A stretch of 63,330 bases of DNA from Rubricoccaceae bacterium (lineage in GTDB: Bacteria > Bacteroidota > Rhodothermia > Rhodothermales > Rubricoccaceae): the NCBI GenBank assembly GCA_046292345.1, contig JBKBRC010000006.1, positions 12,473-75,802 of the forward strand, read 5' to 3'. The notes beneath the pieces are model-generated. The model was not told the origin of the DNA, ran no database searches, and was given only the letters and a program-made list of their open reading frames with translations. A program made the translations under genes and the position numbers. Below are positions 63,170 to 63,330 of the stretch, in pieces; the stretch's first letter is position 1, and every line of letters starts with the position of its first letter.

Positions 63170-63254
63170 CGGGAGGCCCTTCCGCGGAGGCAGCCCTTCC
63201 GCGGAGGCAGCCCTTCCGCGGAGGCAGCCCTTCCGCGGAGGCAGCCCTTCCGCA
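63170..63254. repeat. 17-bp tandem repeat GAGGCAGCCCTTCCGCG, about 5 copies
   Basis: Copies at 63187, 63204, 63221 and 63238, plus a degenerate leading copy. The array begins about 23 nt after the TGA stop at 63147-63149. Confidence 0.93.
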
Positions 63255-63275
63255 GAAACGGCCCCGAGAGGCATC

Positions 63276-63330
63276 TCAGCGCTGGGAGACGCGCACGTCG
63301 TCCGGCAACTCGCCCGCGTCGTCGCCGCGC
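63276..63330 (-). CDS. 3' end of an unidentified CDS running off the window
   Basis: TGA stop (63276-63278, minus strand) preceded by a GC3-rich frame (...DDAGELPDDVRVSQR). Too short to assign. Confidence 0.3.
   Translation of the reverse strand, partial: RGDDAGELPDDVRVSQR

Noticed and set aside
53-63254. Whether the tandem repeat arrays could be CRISPR arrays.
   Set aside because: The units are contiguous head-to-tail with no unique spacers. Units are only 12-23 bp, each array has a different unit, and no cas genes are present.

Overview
High-GC bacterial chromosomal segment. The gene content suggests a Rhodothermia/Bacteroidota-like organism (inference from a histone H1-like protein, DUF3078, DUF2911, a T9SS plug-like lipoprotein and a GH3-family protein). 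I call about 55 protein genes, one initiator tRNA, a few promoters, terminators and operators, and 23 short tandem-repeat arrays. Most genes are housekeeping: family-B DNA polymerase, an NtrC-type sigma-54 two-component pair, dnaE, a DEAD-box helicase, alpha-glucan phosphorylase plus two tandem GH31 glucosidases, pntAA-pntAB-pntB, serC/serA/DUF1015, and erpA-like plus sufBCD-sufT. I found no CRISPR array, transposase, integrase, prophage or recognisable defence system. Most long ORFs in the six-frame track are antisense or off-frame artefacts of the high GC content. The most unusual things I can see directly are these. (1) A different, near-perfect 12-23 bp tandem repeat sits at nearly every gene boundary, often duplicating the real stop or start codon. 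(2) An AT-rich island (45.2-45.6 kb) carries five iteron-like 22-bp repeats. (3) A translationally coupled GNAT / acyltransferase-like / membrane desaturase / GH3 operon has no known product. (4) A shared LacI-type palindrome lies in front of the glucan genes. (5) A sigma-54-like promoter lies in front of an exported-protein/PolB gene pair, next to the sigma-54 activator. Functional calls rest on motif recognition by eye, because no database search was possible.
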